A DNA stretch of 64,000 nt from Geosiphon pyriformis uo1 (Eukaryota; Fungi; Glomeromycota): positions 372,001 through 436,000 of the forward strand of contig JAAOMT010000531.1 in assembly GCA_016748015.1 (NCBI GenBank), written 5' to 3'. Positions 35,340 to 49,472 of this stretch are shown piece after piece; position 1 is the stretch's first letter, and every line of letters starts with the position of its first letter. Below the pieces are notes generated by a model. That model worked only from the letters and a program-made list of their open reading frames with translations. It was not told the origin of the DNA and made no database searches. The position numbers and the translations under genes were made by a program.

Positions 35340-36600
35340 TCCCTAAAGATTTTAATTTTGAGTTCTTTAAAATTTCTTTTATGTATTTATTTGATTCTAA
35401 AAACTGTGCGATTTCAGGACTTTGAGTTTTAAACTTTTCTGTTGAATTCATACAAATATTTCTAAGTTCTCATAGATTGTGGTAAACTTCTATGGCATTA
35501 GAACGATTCTTAAAATTAACATTACAACAATTTTCAATAATTTCGACATTACAAGATGGAATAAAATGAAAGGTAATTTCAGATCTAACATCGTTTAAAA
35601 TATTCATTATAAGAAGGTGGCGATGAGAATGATCATGAAAAAAAGTCTTTCTTGTTTTTAATTCCCATAATAACATGACAAAAACTATAAATATTATTAG
35701 CTGTTGTAAACTTATCTGGTAAAATATATGGAATCACTTCATATATATTTTTCCTTTATGTCATTACCAGTTGTTTTTGTTGTTTTAAAATTATTTGTAA
35801 GTTGATATAATCCCAGATCACAAAAAATAACTCAATTATAGGATGTTGTCCAAATGTAATTCACAATAAACTATATCAGAAGAATGAATTTGTAAAGTCC
35901 ATTAGTTTTAAAATGTGTGATCTTTAAATTATTTAATCAAGTTGAAGAATAAAAATTTGTTGAAAAGTATTTTCGCATGTCTCCATGTTTGACAAACTTC
36001 ATCACAATTCCATACATTTCAGAGATATTTCATAAAAATTAGTTTTTAATAAAAATTGTTTTTTAAACATTTAGCTAATAATACAATATAAAAAATTAAA
36101 TAGATAATATAGAATAAAACTTTATTTAAATTCTTAATCACTTTATAAATTATATTAAATCTTCTTCTAGCGATTTCCTTGATATTTGATAAACACTTCC
36201 ATGGAATTTATTTATAAGAATTCAATTTGTTACTATATTCGCAATAAACTGAATTCTTAATTATTTTATTAACTTTTTTATTGCCACTTAAAAGGTTTTT
36301 ATAAAAATTTTCAAAAAAATAAACTGACATGTCATGCACTTATTATTTTTATTGTTTTCAATACTTTTTTAATTCTTTTTATACTGATTGCAATTATAAG
36401 CATATGGACAAGTTTTTTTTAATTTCTTTAATTTTATAATGTAATAAAAAACAAAAGATAAGTACAAAAAATAAAAAGTAAATAGACTATTATTCAAAGA
36501 AAGTTTTTAAAAGCTTTTATTAATAATAGATTTATAAAGTAATTTTTTTTGTGAAAGTTCACATTTATGTTTTTTCTCTATGCTCACATAATTTAACAAT
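35340..36600 (-). pseudogene. Decayed tandem duplicate of the TKL kinase
   Basis: MLLWELKTRK..IIENCCNVNFKNRSNA. Nucleotide matches such as CATGTCTCCATGTTTG..CTTCATCACAATTCCATAC (35976 vs 33121) and an upstream match (~36571 vs ~33921). Many stops and indels. Confidence 0.8.
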
Positions 36601-39600
36601 TAAATTATTAGAATCATGTATTATATTTAATCTTAAAAATGTTAAATTTTTATTTCTACAAATAATTATAAATATGTTTAACTATAAATAATTTTAAGTA
36701 ATTATAGTATATAAAAAAGTTTTATTGTATTATTAATTAAATAAACAGTTTAATTTCTTTATAGAACAACAAAAATAAAAACCAATTGTAAAAAAATTTT
36801 TGGTTAAAAATTAAATAAAGTAAATAAATATATAAACAACTTTGTACAATATTGTACAATTAATATTAGAAAAAATTGACCTCATATTTTATTATTATTT
36901 TGTTCTTAATTAAAAATAATTTTACATATTATATTGTAAAAATCAGTCAGATATATTCTTAATTCTTTAAATAGATTAACACCAATTGTAAATTAACTTT
37001 TCTGTTTTACTTTCTTGTTTTGTGTTTAATTCTCAATTTTTTTTTCTTAAAATGCCTAATTTTAATAGTTTAATTTATTTTTTTAATTGCTTATTATGTC
37101 TTTAAAAGTAACTAATATTGTTTAAATTATTAAAGCATTAAAAAATAATTTAACGAAATTCATTTAATTAAAAAAGACTTTTTTAAGCTACAATATATTC
37201 AAGTTATTTTATCTTAAACTACTATTTTTAAATCACAACTTAACTTATTTACAAAGTTTGATAATAATTGTTCCAAGTACCAAGATTTTATTAATCAGAT
37301 TTGACTTTATTATTCAAATAACATTAGTTAAGTTGGGTTTATTGGTATGCTATTTACTTGTACAGTTTTTATTTGGTTTGTGTTATTAATTAAAAATCTT
37401 TTTCTATTGTTTTAAAATAGAGATAAAACCTTAGTTTTGGCCAAACACTTGAATTATTTTTGATAAAATAATGCAATATTAATTAACTAATTTCATTTCT
37501 ATTTGCATAATAATGGCAGAGTTATTTTGGAGTTTTTTATTTTTTTTAAAAAGCTATTCAATTTTAACGAGTTAATCTTATATTTAAAGTATATATATTT
37601 TATCCAGCTATTTTTGATATTGTATTCTTAATGCTATTTTTTAAAAAATTAATTCAATAATACAAAACAAAACAACCGAAAAAAATTAAAAATATGAAAT
37701 TAGTATTCTATTAATAGCTATGATCAAAAACTATTGATTTAAAATGTTGAGATTTTTAGCATTAGTTTTTAACATCTACTATGTTTAAGCAATTTAATAA
37801 TAGATTAAATAGTAATAACAATAATTTGAATTTATAAATTTGTTATTTAAAATGATAATTTTTATTTGAAATGATTTTAGCATTTTTTGTTTTTTATTAA
37901 ATTTTATAAGCATTTTTTAGCAAGTTGTGTATGATTTTAAATATCTTAATTTAATTCTTGAATTAAAAATTTTAATCCTCGGGCTAAACAAAGCAAAAAA
38001 ATTGAGAAAATAGGAAATTGGGTTTATGAAATAACTTTTAACTTCACTGATAGATTTTCTTTGCTTAATGCAATTTTAGAACCTATAATTTTTATTTAAC
38101 AAAAAATTAGGAAGGAATTTTTTACCTTTGTACTAAATGAAGTAATGATTAAATAAATCATCTTGAATTAGAGAATGAAACGGTAAACTCATTAATGCGG
38201 CTAGTTTTTAAATTTCAAAATGAATATTCCTCAGTGACCTCATTAATCGCAAGTTGACGTTTTAAATCAACTTTGAGACTTTAATTTAGATCAAAGATTG
38301 GGAATTAGGTCAAAACCTTATAACAAAAAAAAAGTCCTACTTTGAACACGAAGAAGGCTTTTCTCTGTGTAAAATAAGCTCCAGAAACTTTTTCCCAGTG
38401 TTACTACTAGGCAACGAGGTGCACTTGATTTTTCTGGATTTTTTTTCTTGAAAATTTGATGGCCAAAACTTTATTGCTTTATGGTGTAAATAAATTGTAA
38501 CAATATAAAAAATTAATTCTTACAGGTAAAAGAGGAATTTGCTCTTATTGTATTATTTAAAAGGGCGTATACCACATTCCTCAAACATTCAAAAATATGA
38601 AATTGGAATCTTTTAATTCATTCTAGAAATCGATAATCATTTTGTGTAAGATGAGGAATATATCGAATTTCCGTGATGGTAAGGAGCAGTTTTAGTACAT
38701 GTAAATTTTATAGACAGGGCTATTGGCTATTACTTGATATATAAAAACCAAATGGGCTACCAAAACCATTGGATGTAAAGTTATTCCGCCCATAGGTTTA
38801 GCTGGAATGTACTCTAACTTTCTCGAAGGCTATAATGATGAAATTCGTGAGATGAAATTTTTCTGAAATTTTTCAACAACCCCAAAAATTTTTCCAATGT
38901 GTTCATGGGAAAGATAGAACAAGTTTTATAATTAGTACGGTCTTTTGATTTCTTGGGACCATTTTAATTTTATCCATTCTCATTTTATTGAATTCTTGAC
39001 CTGTTGTCACTTTGTGGAGTAGAAGAAAAAATTATTGTTCAAGACTATATCACATCGCAGGAAAACCTGCATTTCTGGGGTACACAGATTGTTAAAGATA
39101 TGGGAAAAATTAGGTTTATCTAAAGATTTTGCAATGGCCAAACCTGAAAGGATGGATAAAATATTGATGAATTTAAAAATAAAAAATACGGTGGATTTTC
39201 ATTTCAGAAACAAAAATTGTTGAAAAATGAACTTTGTAAATAAGAATTTTTTATCATGATTAAATAATTATTATATTGATTTTACTCTGAGTGAAATAAT
39301 TTAACCCCTTTATCAAGTTCAATAAATAAATGGTTGAAAATCTTTTTGCTAACTATTTTGGAAATATCTCTAGAGTTAAAGGGGAGAAATTAAATTTAAT
39401 TTCTGACTAATAAATTCGATTGAATTTATAAAATCTTTCATAGAACTTTAATTGATTATATAACATACTACTGATATTTAGTTTTTAAGGAGTTTTATTT
39501 TGAAAGGTTCACTAGATATGGGCGTCACGCGATTCTTAGGTATTACTCGCTGTAGGTGTACATAAATAAATAAATCTTTGACTTATCCCAAAAAAAGGAA

Positions 39601-39926
39601 AGACTATCCATAAAGATCTTTTTCCAGCATAAGTTTTTTGTTTTGTTTTCCAAGGAGCAAAAATGAAATTTTTACTAAAAAAAAGATTCAATATATAACA
39701 TATTGGTAAAATCTTTTTGCTTTTAAATAAAATTTAAAATGACAAAAACAATTATTTTTTAATCGAAGAAAAAGGGAATTGGTTTTTTATTAATTGATTT
39801 TATTTTTTTAGTTAATATATTCTAATGAGGTTAGTTGAAGTTCATAGCGAGATAAAAAATCAGGAGCCAAATTTTAAACACTAGCCTTTTTTTAAATTAT
39901 TAAATTGATAGTTTTTTAGTAGTTTA

Positions 39927-39971
<45 letters not shown>
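39927..39971. repeat. (AAT)n microsatellite
   Basis: Tandem triplets. Confidence 0.9.
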
Positions 39972-42685
39972 CTTATATTCAATTGTTAAATTAATAATTG
40001 TTTAATAGCAACAAGTGTGAGCCATTTATAAGTTAACTAAATAGAATTATTTGATAAAGGGAGGAAAAAAAGTGTTATTTGGTTGTTAAAAAAAAAATCA
40101 ATTGAGATTTATATTTAGCAAATTAAATCAATATATTAAGAATAAATATTTCCTCAGATAGAGAGGTGAATGGAATTTTTCCCATAATTGTAAAAATAGT
40201 CTTAATAGATAATTTTGATTTTCATGTGTGAATGTACAAATTGATGTCATTAAACTAATATATAAATAATTTTATAGTAAATTAAATCGATCAACTAAAA
40301 ATGAAATATTTCTTATATACATGTATTGTAAAGTATCATGTATATTGTGTTTAAACTGTTTAATTAATTTAATATAGGATTATAAAAATATCGGATTCCG
40401 CAATAAACTTAATTTAATATTGATAATTAAATCAAGATCGTAAAATCTGATTTATTTAAAGGTTAGCAGCATTATTATAAAAGTTAAAGGTTTTTTTTAA
40501 AATTTGATCCGAATGAAATTTTTTTAAAATTAAATTATTTTGTAAATATAAATATGTGGTTTCTATTATTTGTTTTGAAGTTCATTTAACCGATAACCTT
40601 TTATTAGTTGGTTACAACGATTTTATTAATTTAAGCGGTAAGAAGTTTTAATAATAGATGTTATAATAGAATAATCAATATTAAAATAATTATTTTGTTT
40701 ATTTCATTTTTAAGATCTAGACGAGAAATATTTTTAAAGAATCATGAATTGAGATAACAAAATAAGCGATCAATGAAAGAAAGTAGAAAATTTATCTCTA
40801 GAATTCAAAATAAAGACAAAAAAAAATTAAAATAGTGTTACTGTTAAAAAAAAAGCCTTTTCTTTTTGTGAATTGAAAAGTGAGAGGTGAATAAATATAT
40901 CGATCTTAAAAATAAGTTCGGCAAAAATCAAAACCAAAGTTTCTTCTAAATACCTTTCTAAGTCGAGTTAGACCAAATGATCAGGATCGATTTCTCGATT
41001 TAAAAGACTTAATTTAAGATTGAAAGTCTAATTTGATTCTCACCAGAAAATCTTTTGCCTTATACATCGTGATTCTCGTTGATTGTGCTTAGGATTAATC
41101 AAAATCGTTATTATTACGAAATTGTCGTTGTTACCCAATATCGTCGTTATTAGTAATATTATCGTCATTGTCACTGTCGCTATTATAAATTTTATTTCAA
41201 ATAATTTACTTTTGAAATTAAAGAGTTTTTTAATATTTAATTACAATCTTCCTGTTCAATATATTTATATATGGTATTTAACTCAATAATTGCATGGTAT
41301 TTTGTTAAAATTACAAAATTTTCATAATATATATAAATTAAGTATTAAATAGTACAAAAGAAAAAAAATTCTATACTTGTTCAAGTTATACATATTAAAC
41401 TAATTTTGACAAAATTCCAAGCTTGTGCAGTAAAAAACATCCATAATTATAAGTATTTTATATATTATAGTTTTATTATAAACAATTTTTTATATTGTGC
41501 TTAAAATGGAAAAATTAATATATATATTTATATTTATTTAAAAATTAAAAAACTTACTTTGAATAAATAAATAATTCAAATATAAAAAACTACAACTTTA
41601 TATTTTGATTTTTTTATCAGTAATAAAATATCTTAAAAAGGTATTTAAAAGGTTCTAACTTTCAATAAAAAATTAATTTATCACAATTATATTTTCCAAA
41701 TTCTATTTTAATAAAAAATCATAAAATAATTGACAAAATTGTGATAAAATTATTTAAAAATACATTGTTTGCTTCTCCACTTTTTTTATTATAACACTTT
41801 TTGAAGTCAGATAATCATTCCTGAAATTTATAAAAATTATCATGCTCATAAGCTGCACAAGATATCTTCAGAAATTAAAAAATTTGCATAATTTGCCATA
41901 ATTTTAATGATTTTTAATAGATAAAATTTGGATTTTCTTTTTCTTTTGAATTCAAATTTTTATAAAGAAACTCATTTTTTCTTTTCAAAATGTCATATAT
42001 TATTAATTCTCTTATCTCAAATTGATTTGCTAATGTACTATTTAAAAGTTGTTGATTGACTTCTTTAATTTTCCAAAGTTTAATTGTGCCTTTGTTTTTG
42101 ATTCTGTAATGAATCTATAATAGGTCGGATATGTAAAATCTTTTTTTAATATTTGATATATTGAGTTATTCTGTCATAGTGTTTTAATCATTAATAAATG
42201 TTTTCTTAAAACAAATCAAAAATTGATGCCTCAGTACGATTATCAAAAAAATTTAATTGTTTGCCAACTATAGTAAAAATTTTTCCGTTAAACCGAAGTT
42301 TAATGATCTTCGGTTTATACAATTACGGCTTAGAAAAAAACTTTTTTATTATAGTTAAATAAAAATTTCGCTTATGTAATTCTGGAATAATCGGAGTGAC
42401 CATGTATACATTCCCGTGAAACTTTAGAAAAATTATTCGCAGACCACACGAGGATTTTGAATTATGGGTATACAGCAATTTCCCAAATGCATCAATCGAA
42501 GTTTCCATTTCATTTTTTGGACGCATTGTCAATCAATTTATCCGGCAATACAAAAATATAATGTCATTTCTCATTCATCCCGGTTGATTTTTTATCCCGT
42601 CATTTTAACTTTCCATACATTTGAATTCAACCTTTAAACAAGAAATTTAACAGTCGAATTCCATTATAAGGTTTGTTATTCCCGG

Positions 42686-42812
42686 AGAGGCGGATGTTTT
42701 TAAATCCCTTTATAGTATAATTGAAAGAGGCGGATGTTTTTAAATCCCTTTATTGTATAATTGATAGAGGTGGATGTTTTTAAATCCCTTTATTGTATAA
42801 TTGATAGAGGCG
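42686..42812. repeat. 40-bp tandem repeat, 3.2 copies
   Basis: AGAGGCGGATGTTTTTAAATCCCTTTATTGTATAATTGAT units start at 42686, 42726, 42766 and 42806. Confidence 0.92.
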
Positions 42813-43714
42813 TCGTTCCATCTGTAATTGATTTTTATGAATTGCAAGGGTTATTTTAATTTCATCCAAAGTTTATTTTGTGGAACTTGGCATCATTCGG
42901 TAAAATACGTAAAATTAAGCACGGGAAAAATTCTAACAAAATTTAGTTTTTGTTTTAAAATAACTAAATTAAATATTAACGAAAATAAGATTCTTATTTT
43001 ATATTCATAATAAGAAATAAAGAATCAAGAATGGAACTTGGAATTTTGACAGATTAATTTTAAAAAAATTATTAGTTTATTAAATTTTTGAATTAGATTA
43101 AACGAAACAAATATTATCAGATTGTTCATTTACTCTTAAAATCATATCATTTCTTATCACAAAGTAGCTCAATAAAAATCCGAATTTTCAATTTGTCATA
43201 GCAGGCGTATTTGTGAGGTACCCTTTCTTTTAAACCTCCCTTTCTAAAAGAAAATAAAACAGAGTCAATCAATTAATCAATCAATCTCGATTTCAAAACT
43301 TTGTAAACATTAAATAGAATCTTTTATATTGTTTGTTGCTGTCGATGATAAAGCTAGCTGTTTCCGATTAAAACTTGGCGGCTCGACTACTATAATAATT
43401 CGTTGTTTACAATGTGGATTAGTAACAGTAGATTAGATCCCTTGTAAATCAACAATTCTCAAATTTATTCACCAAAAAAAAACTTCCCCCCCCCCCCCAA
43501 AGCAATTTATCCGATATTGTCTCGAGTTGATTTACTAGATCGGTTAAACGCTTCCCCGCTATTACGAAATTGCATCATCCATGTTTCCACATAGATTTAT
43601 TCTTAGTCAGGAGCTGCGGTAAATTTGCAGGCCGTCCGGTTGAATTTGTTGTACGAAGATCAAATTGCAGAACAAGTGTCTACTCTTGTACGCCGTGCGC
43701 GTTATTTTTTTGGT

Positions 43715-43723
43715 TATATAAAA
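43715..43723 (+). promoter_or_regulatory. Putative TATA box of ABCB-1
   Basis: TATATAAAA about 170 bp upstream of ATG 43888, in a CpG-retaining region. Confidence 0.45.
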
Positions 43724-43887
43724 GGAACTTGAATTCAATTTTTACATTGTCAATATCAGAAGGGTCTTTTTAGCATACAGCTTTTTTCTTTATTTAAAAG
43801 GGAATTTGAGGCTCTCTCCTCATTAATCCATGAAATTCTGAAATCAACCATTTTCTTTAACAAAACTTTTAAATACGCAACAATCAA

Positions 43888-46800
43888 ATGGATCCAAATT
43901 ACGATGATAAATCAGTGGAACATCCACAAACCACATTGGATTCAAATCTAGGCGAAGAAATAGATTACAGCATAGCAGACGCATTACCACCTCAACATCC
44001 AAAATCATCCGAAAACGACGACGATGACAATATTACATTACCAGCTGACGATTTCGTCGATGAAAAGAAAAACCTAAAAAAGACAATTTTACCAAAAAAG
44101 CCGAACCCCTTGGAGGAAGACAAAGTGTCCTTGCTTCAATTATTTCGATTCGCAAACCGAACTGATCGGTTACTAATCTTTCTGGGGACAGTGGGAGCCG
44201 CTGGAAATGGTTCTGCAGTTCCATTAATGACAATTATTTTCGCCAGCATTATTCAAGCGTTTCTCGACTTCAGTATCAATACTAGTATCAAGAATATAGA
44301 TCGTCAAACGGCAAGAGATCAATTGAATAGTGATATTCGGAAATATTCATTGTTTTTTGTAGCCTTGGGTGTTGGTGTGTTTTTACTTGCTTATGCACAA
44401 ATTTCATTTTGGATGCTTGCCGGTGAACGTCAGGCCAAGGTAAAAGAAAACTTCATCGAATTCTTGAACAAAATAGTAAAGCTTTTGATTTACAAAGTTA
44501 AATTCAATATTTTTTAACCATAAAAATATACACTCTTTTCCACATTTCCAGAAAATTCGTCAATTATATTTTGCCGCCGTGTTGCGTCAAGATATTTCAT
44601 GGTTTGATTCGGTTGCAACTGGAGATGTTATTTCACGTATTTCCAGCGATGTAACGGTGCTTCAAGATGGTATTTCTGAAAAAGTAGCTGGTATTATTCA
44701 ATACCTTTGCACATTTATTACCGGCTTTATAATCGCTTTTACCAAAGGTATAGTTCGCCGGACTAGTTGATGCAAAAATATCTTTGTAAGTTCTATAATC
44801 TCTTATGTCTTTCTTTAGGATGGAAATTGGCATTGGTTTTATGTGCCATTTTTCCGCTACTTGCTGGTGCTGGTATATTTATGGCTAAAAGTCTTTCATC
44901 TTATGCGACCAAAGGTCAAGGTAAATGTCTTGCATTTTACATTATATTTTTTCATATTCTATACCACTTCGACTCTGAATTGTACTAATGATACACCCTC
45001 CCCCTCTTAAATTTTCTCAAGACGCCTACGCTGAAGCTGGAACGGTCGTTGAACAAGTTTTTTCCAGTATTAAAACAATTGCTGCATTCGGTGGTCAACA
45101 ACGTGAAGCTGATCGATATTTGAAAAAACTTGACGAATCTTACTCTATTGGCAAGAAACAAGGTCTTATCACTGGTGCTGGTGTTGGTTCGATCATGTTC
45201 ATTATTTTTGCTACGTATGCATTAGCATTCTTTTATGGTGCAAAATTGGTTGTAAATGGAGACTTGACTGGTGGACAAGTGGTCAATGTCTTTTTCGCCA
45301 TCTTACTAGGAGGTGAGTTTAAATTTATATAAAAATAATTAAGAAATTTAAATTTCAAAAATTTGATTTTACTTTTTTGTTCTTTGAAAACTTTTAGCTT
45401 TCGCTCTTGGTAATGCCTCGCCAAACTTTGCTGCTGTCGGTAGTGCTTTAGGAGCAGCTGCCAAGCTATATGCTGTAATAGACCGTGTTCCGCAAATCGA
45501 CGTTCAATCCGAACAAGGGACTAAAATTGATAAATCAAGCGTACGTGGTCGTATTGAGTTCAAGGATATCAACTTCTATTATCCCTCGCGACCGAACGTT
45601 CAGGTTCTCAAAAATTTTAACTTGACCATCGAAGCTGGCGAAACTGTTGCCTTGGTCGGCAGTTCTGGAAGCGGAAAATCGACTATAGTCGGCTTAATGG
45701 AACGATTCTACGATCCAGTCGAAGGGTCTATTATACTTGATGGTCAGAATACGAAACACATTAATATTAAATCTCTTCGAAAGAACATTGGTCTTGTTGG
45801 TCAAGAACCGGTTCTTTTCCCGGTTAGTATCAGGGAGAATATCGAATGGGGTGCGGTGATCGATGGATCAAAGCCTTCCTTGGACGAAATTATTGCCGCA
45901 TGCAAAAAATCAAATGCACATACTTTTATCCAAGAATTGCCACAGAAATACGAAACAAATGTTGGTGAAAAAGGTGCTCTTTTATCTGGAGGTCAAAAAC
46001 AAAGGTTTGTAAATATTTTGTTTTTCTAAAATTCTTTTGGCAATATAAATGTTTTACATGATTTCTTTTTTCAATTAGAATTGCTATTGCACGTGCATTA
46101 ATCAAGGATCCAGCTATTTTACTTCTCGACGAAGCTACCTCGGCTTTGGATACAGAATCTGAAAGTCTGGTTCAAGATGCATTAGATGTTGCCTCTACAA
46201 ATCGAACAACCATTGTAGTTGCACATCGATTATCAACTATCAAGGATGCCGATAAGATTGTTGTAATGGCAAAAGGTGAGATTGTGGAAATCGGCAAGCA
46301 TGAGGAACTTATTGCCCGGCAAGGTTTATACTACAGTTTGGTGAAAGCTCAAGAGTTGAAAACTAAAGATCAAGAAGCTGGTAAACAAGATGACGAAGAT
46401 TCAGCTGATGAAGAGGAAGGCGAAGTGAAAATTTCAATCGGACGACAAGTAACACGAATGACCACTAAAGGCTCAAGTATCAAATCTATTCTTGATGTTC
46501 ATACTCAGGAAGAAGAGGACTTTTCCAAAATGAAAACACCTTGGGGTCGTGTTATTAGATTGAGTAGACCCGAATATCCTTTGATTGCCATTGGTCTCTT
46601 TGGTAGTATTCTCATGGGCGTTATAATGCCTTTATTCTCGTTAATTTATTCGACCATCTTGGAAGTATATTCGAAAACTGACGAGTAAGTAGTTTTTTAT
46701 TTTTGAAAAATTCTAAAACTTTTATTCACCTTGAAATATTCTCGCGTATAATTAGTCCTGACGAACTGAAACGTAAAGCCAATTTTTGGGCCGGAATGTT

Positions 46801-48837
46801 TGCTATATTATCCGTTGTAGCATGGGTGGGCTATTTTTGTAAAATCGCTTTCTTTGGTATGTATTTTTAGTTTATTTCTGATCAACTAATCAAATACATG
46901 TTTTTTAAATACTCATTTTTGGTCTATATATGTAGAAATGACTGCCAATCGTCTCACCAGACGTTTACGATTTATGACTTTCACATCTTTATTGAAACAA
47001 GAAATAGCATTTTTTGACGATGAAAGAAATGCCACCGGTGTTTTAACATCGAAGTTAGCAGTTGAAGGTGAATTTTTAGGGAAATCCAAATATTTTTATC
47101 ATTTTAAGAAACTTCAAACAACTAACTGGATATTTTTTGAATCACTTTCAGCCACTGAGGTCCAAGGATTAGTAGCGGTTTCTGGAACCATTGTTCAAAT
47201 TATAGCCAGTATGACTGGAGGCCTGGTAAGAATAAATTTTCGATTTTAAACAGGCCAAAAGTTAGAAGTTTCCTACTGACCTAAATCTCTTCATTTTGTC
47301 AAATTAGCTTATCGCTTTTATTAATGGTTGGAAATTGACAATTGTTGTCCTTGCGGCTGCTCCCGCTTTGGGATTTGCTTCCTACCTTGAGCTGAAATCA
47401 CATGCTGGATTCGGGGCTAAAGTAAGTAAAACCAAAAATTATTGCTTTTTCCAAATAAAAACAATCTAATATTTCTTCCTACTACAGACATCAAAAGCAT
47501 ATGAAGATTCTGGTCAGATTGTGCAACAAAGTGTATCAAATATGCGCACTATCGCTGCATTGAGTCGTGAAGAAACTTTCAACCGACTCTACGAAGAATC
47601 AATCGCAGGACCTCATAAAATAGCTGTACGAGGAATTTTTGTTTCCTCAATCGGGTTCGGTTTATCTCAAGGTCTACAATTCTGCGTTTGGGCATTAGCA
47701 TTCTGGTATGGTGGTAAATTATTAGGCGACGGGGAATACCAATTAAAAAAGATGTTGAATGTATTATTTGCTGTTATTTTCACGGCCCAGTCACTCGGTC
47801 AAATGAGGTAATGAATCAATTAATTAAAAAATGCGTAAACCGATCTTTCATTGACTAATTTTAAATCTTTTTTTTAGCATGTTTGCCCCAAATACAGCCA
47901 AAGCAAAAATTGCAGCAATCTCAATCTTCAAACTGTTCGACCGAAAGTCATCCATCGATCCTACAGATACTGAAGGAAAAATTCGACCAGCTCCAGTGAC
48001 GGGTGAATGCAGTATTGAGAAAGCATATTTCAATTATCCAGCACGTCGGAATGTCAAAATTTTACGTGGCTTAGACGCAAATATTTTAGCCGGAAAACGT
48101 GTTGCAATTGTTGGTCCATCCGGTTGTGGTAAATCAACTGTTGTCGCTCTGTTATTGCGATACTATGACGTGGCTTCCGGTGAAGTAAATGCTGAACGAA
48201 CAAATGTCAAAGATTGGAACGTGGAATACCTTCGCAGTAATATGGCATTAGTCGGTCAAGAACCTGTTCTTTTTGATTTAACGATTGGTGAAAATATCGC
48301 GTACGGAAAAGAAGGTTGCTCCCAAGAAGAAATTGAAGAAGCAGCAAAAAAAGCAAATATTCATAACTTTATAATGAGTTTACCGCTTCAGTATGATACG
48401 TCAGTTGGTGAAAAAGGAACACAATTGAGTGGTGGACAGAAACAGGTATGAAAAAAAATTATTTTTGGATATTATTGATTGCATTTGGAAACAAATTTTT
48501 TTATTAAATTTTCAAACCACCAAAATTTCAACCTTTTTAGCGTGTTGCGATCGCACGAGCTCTAATTCGAAACCCAAAACTTTTACTCTTGGATGAAGCA
48601 ACATCGGCACTCGATTCTGAATCCGAGAAAGTTGTCCAAAATGCGTTAGATCGAGCCTCGAAGGGTCGTACTACAATTACAATCGCACATCGTTTATCAA
48701 CGATACAAAATTCTGATCTGATATTAGTATTCCGAAAAGGAAAAGTTCAGGAGTCAGGTACACATTTAGAATTGATTTCTCAAAAAGGACTCTATCACGA
48801 TTTGGTAACAAGGCAAAGGTTGATGAAAGAAACTTAA
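43888..48837 (+). CDS. Full-size ABCB (MDR1/P-glycoprotein-like) transporter ABCB-1, about 12 introns
   Basis: TMD-NBD-TMD-NBD layout. GSSGSGKST and GPSGCGKST, two LSGGQKQR signatures and two [10 protein letters not shown] motifs. Confidence 0.93.
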
Positions 48838-49472
48838 TTAGAGGTTGGGCTTTAGTTAGATTAAAAATTATTTTAGGTATTAGATTATCATAAATAGAAA
48901 TTAATACGTTACGTCACGCGTTTACTTAATTGTAATATTATTTAAAAAATTGCAATTGTACTTTTAATATTTGATTGGAAATTAAAATATCTTTCAAGCC
49001 ATCGAAAATCGCTAGCAAAACTGATATGTAGGAAAAATATTATAGTGTGAGAAAGTTCAACTTTTGAAAATTTAATCATTCTTCTATAAATTAGACCATT
49101 CTGAGTTAGATTCATTGGTCAACATCAAAGCCCCTTTTCCCTCAAATTAATTAAGCATTTCCTTTGGAAATATTTAAGTCTGTAGACTGATCAAAGAAAC
49201 TTTGGAATATCTCAAATTTAATTTTGAAGTTCCATAATTAAATACAGTTAACCAACCAGATTATTAATGTTTTATAAGTTGGGAACTGCTAATCGTAATT
49301 TTGACAAATGAAACACATTTTAGGTGATTGTAAAATATGAAAATATTCCTCTAAAACTTATTAATGATGAAAATGTACTAATATTACGAATATAACTAAT
49401 ATTGAAATCGGATTCATGGTTTAAAAATTTCACGTTATTTTCTAATAATCTCCGCTTAAAAAAATTCCTAAT

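Noticed and set aside
42686-42812. CRISPR-like array
   Set aside because: Units are head-to-tail with no unique spacers, the context is eukaryotic and there are no cas genes. The same applies to the 12-bp array at 12671-12790.
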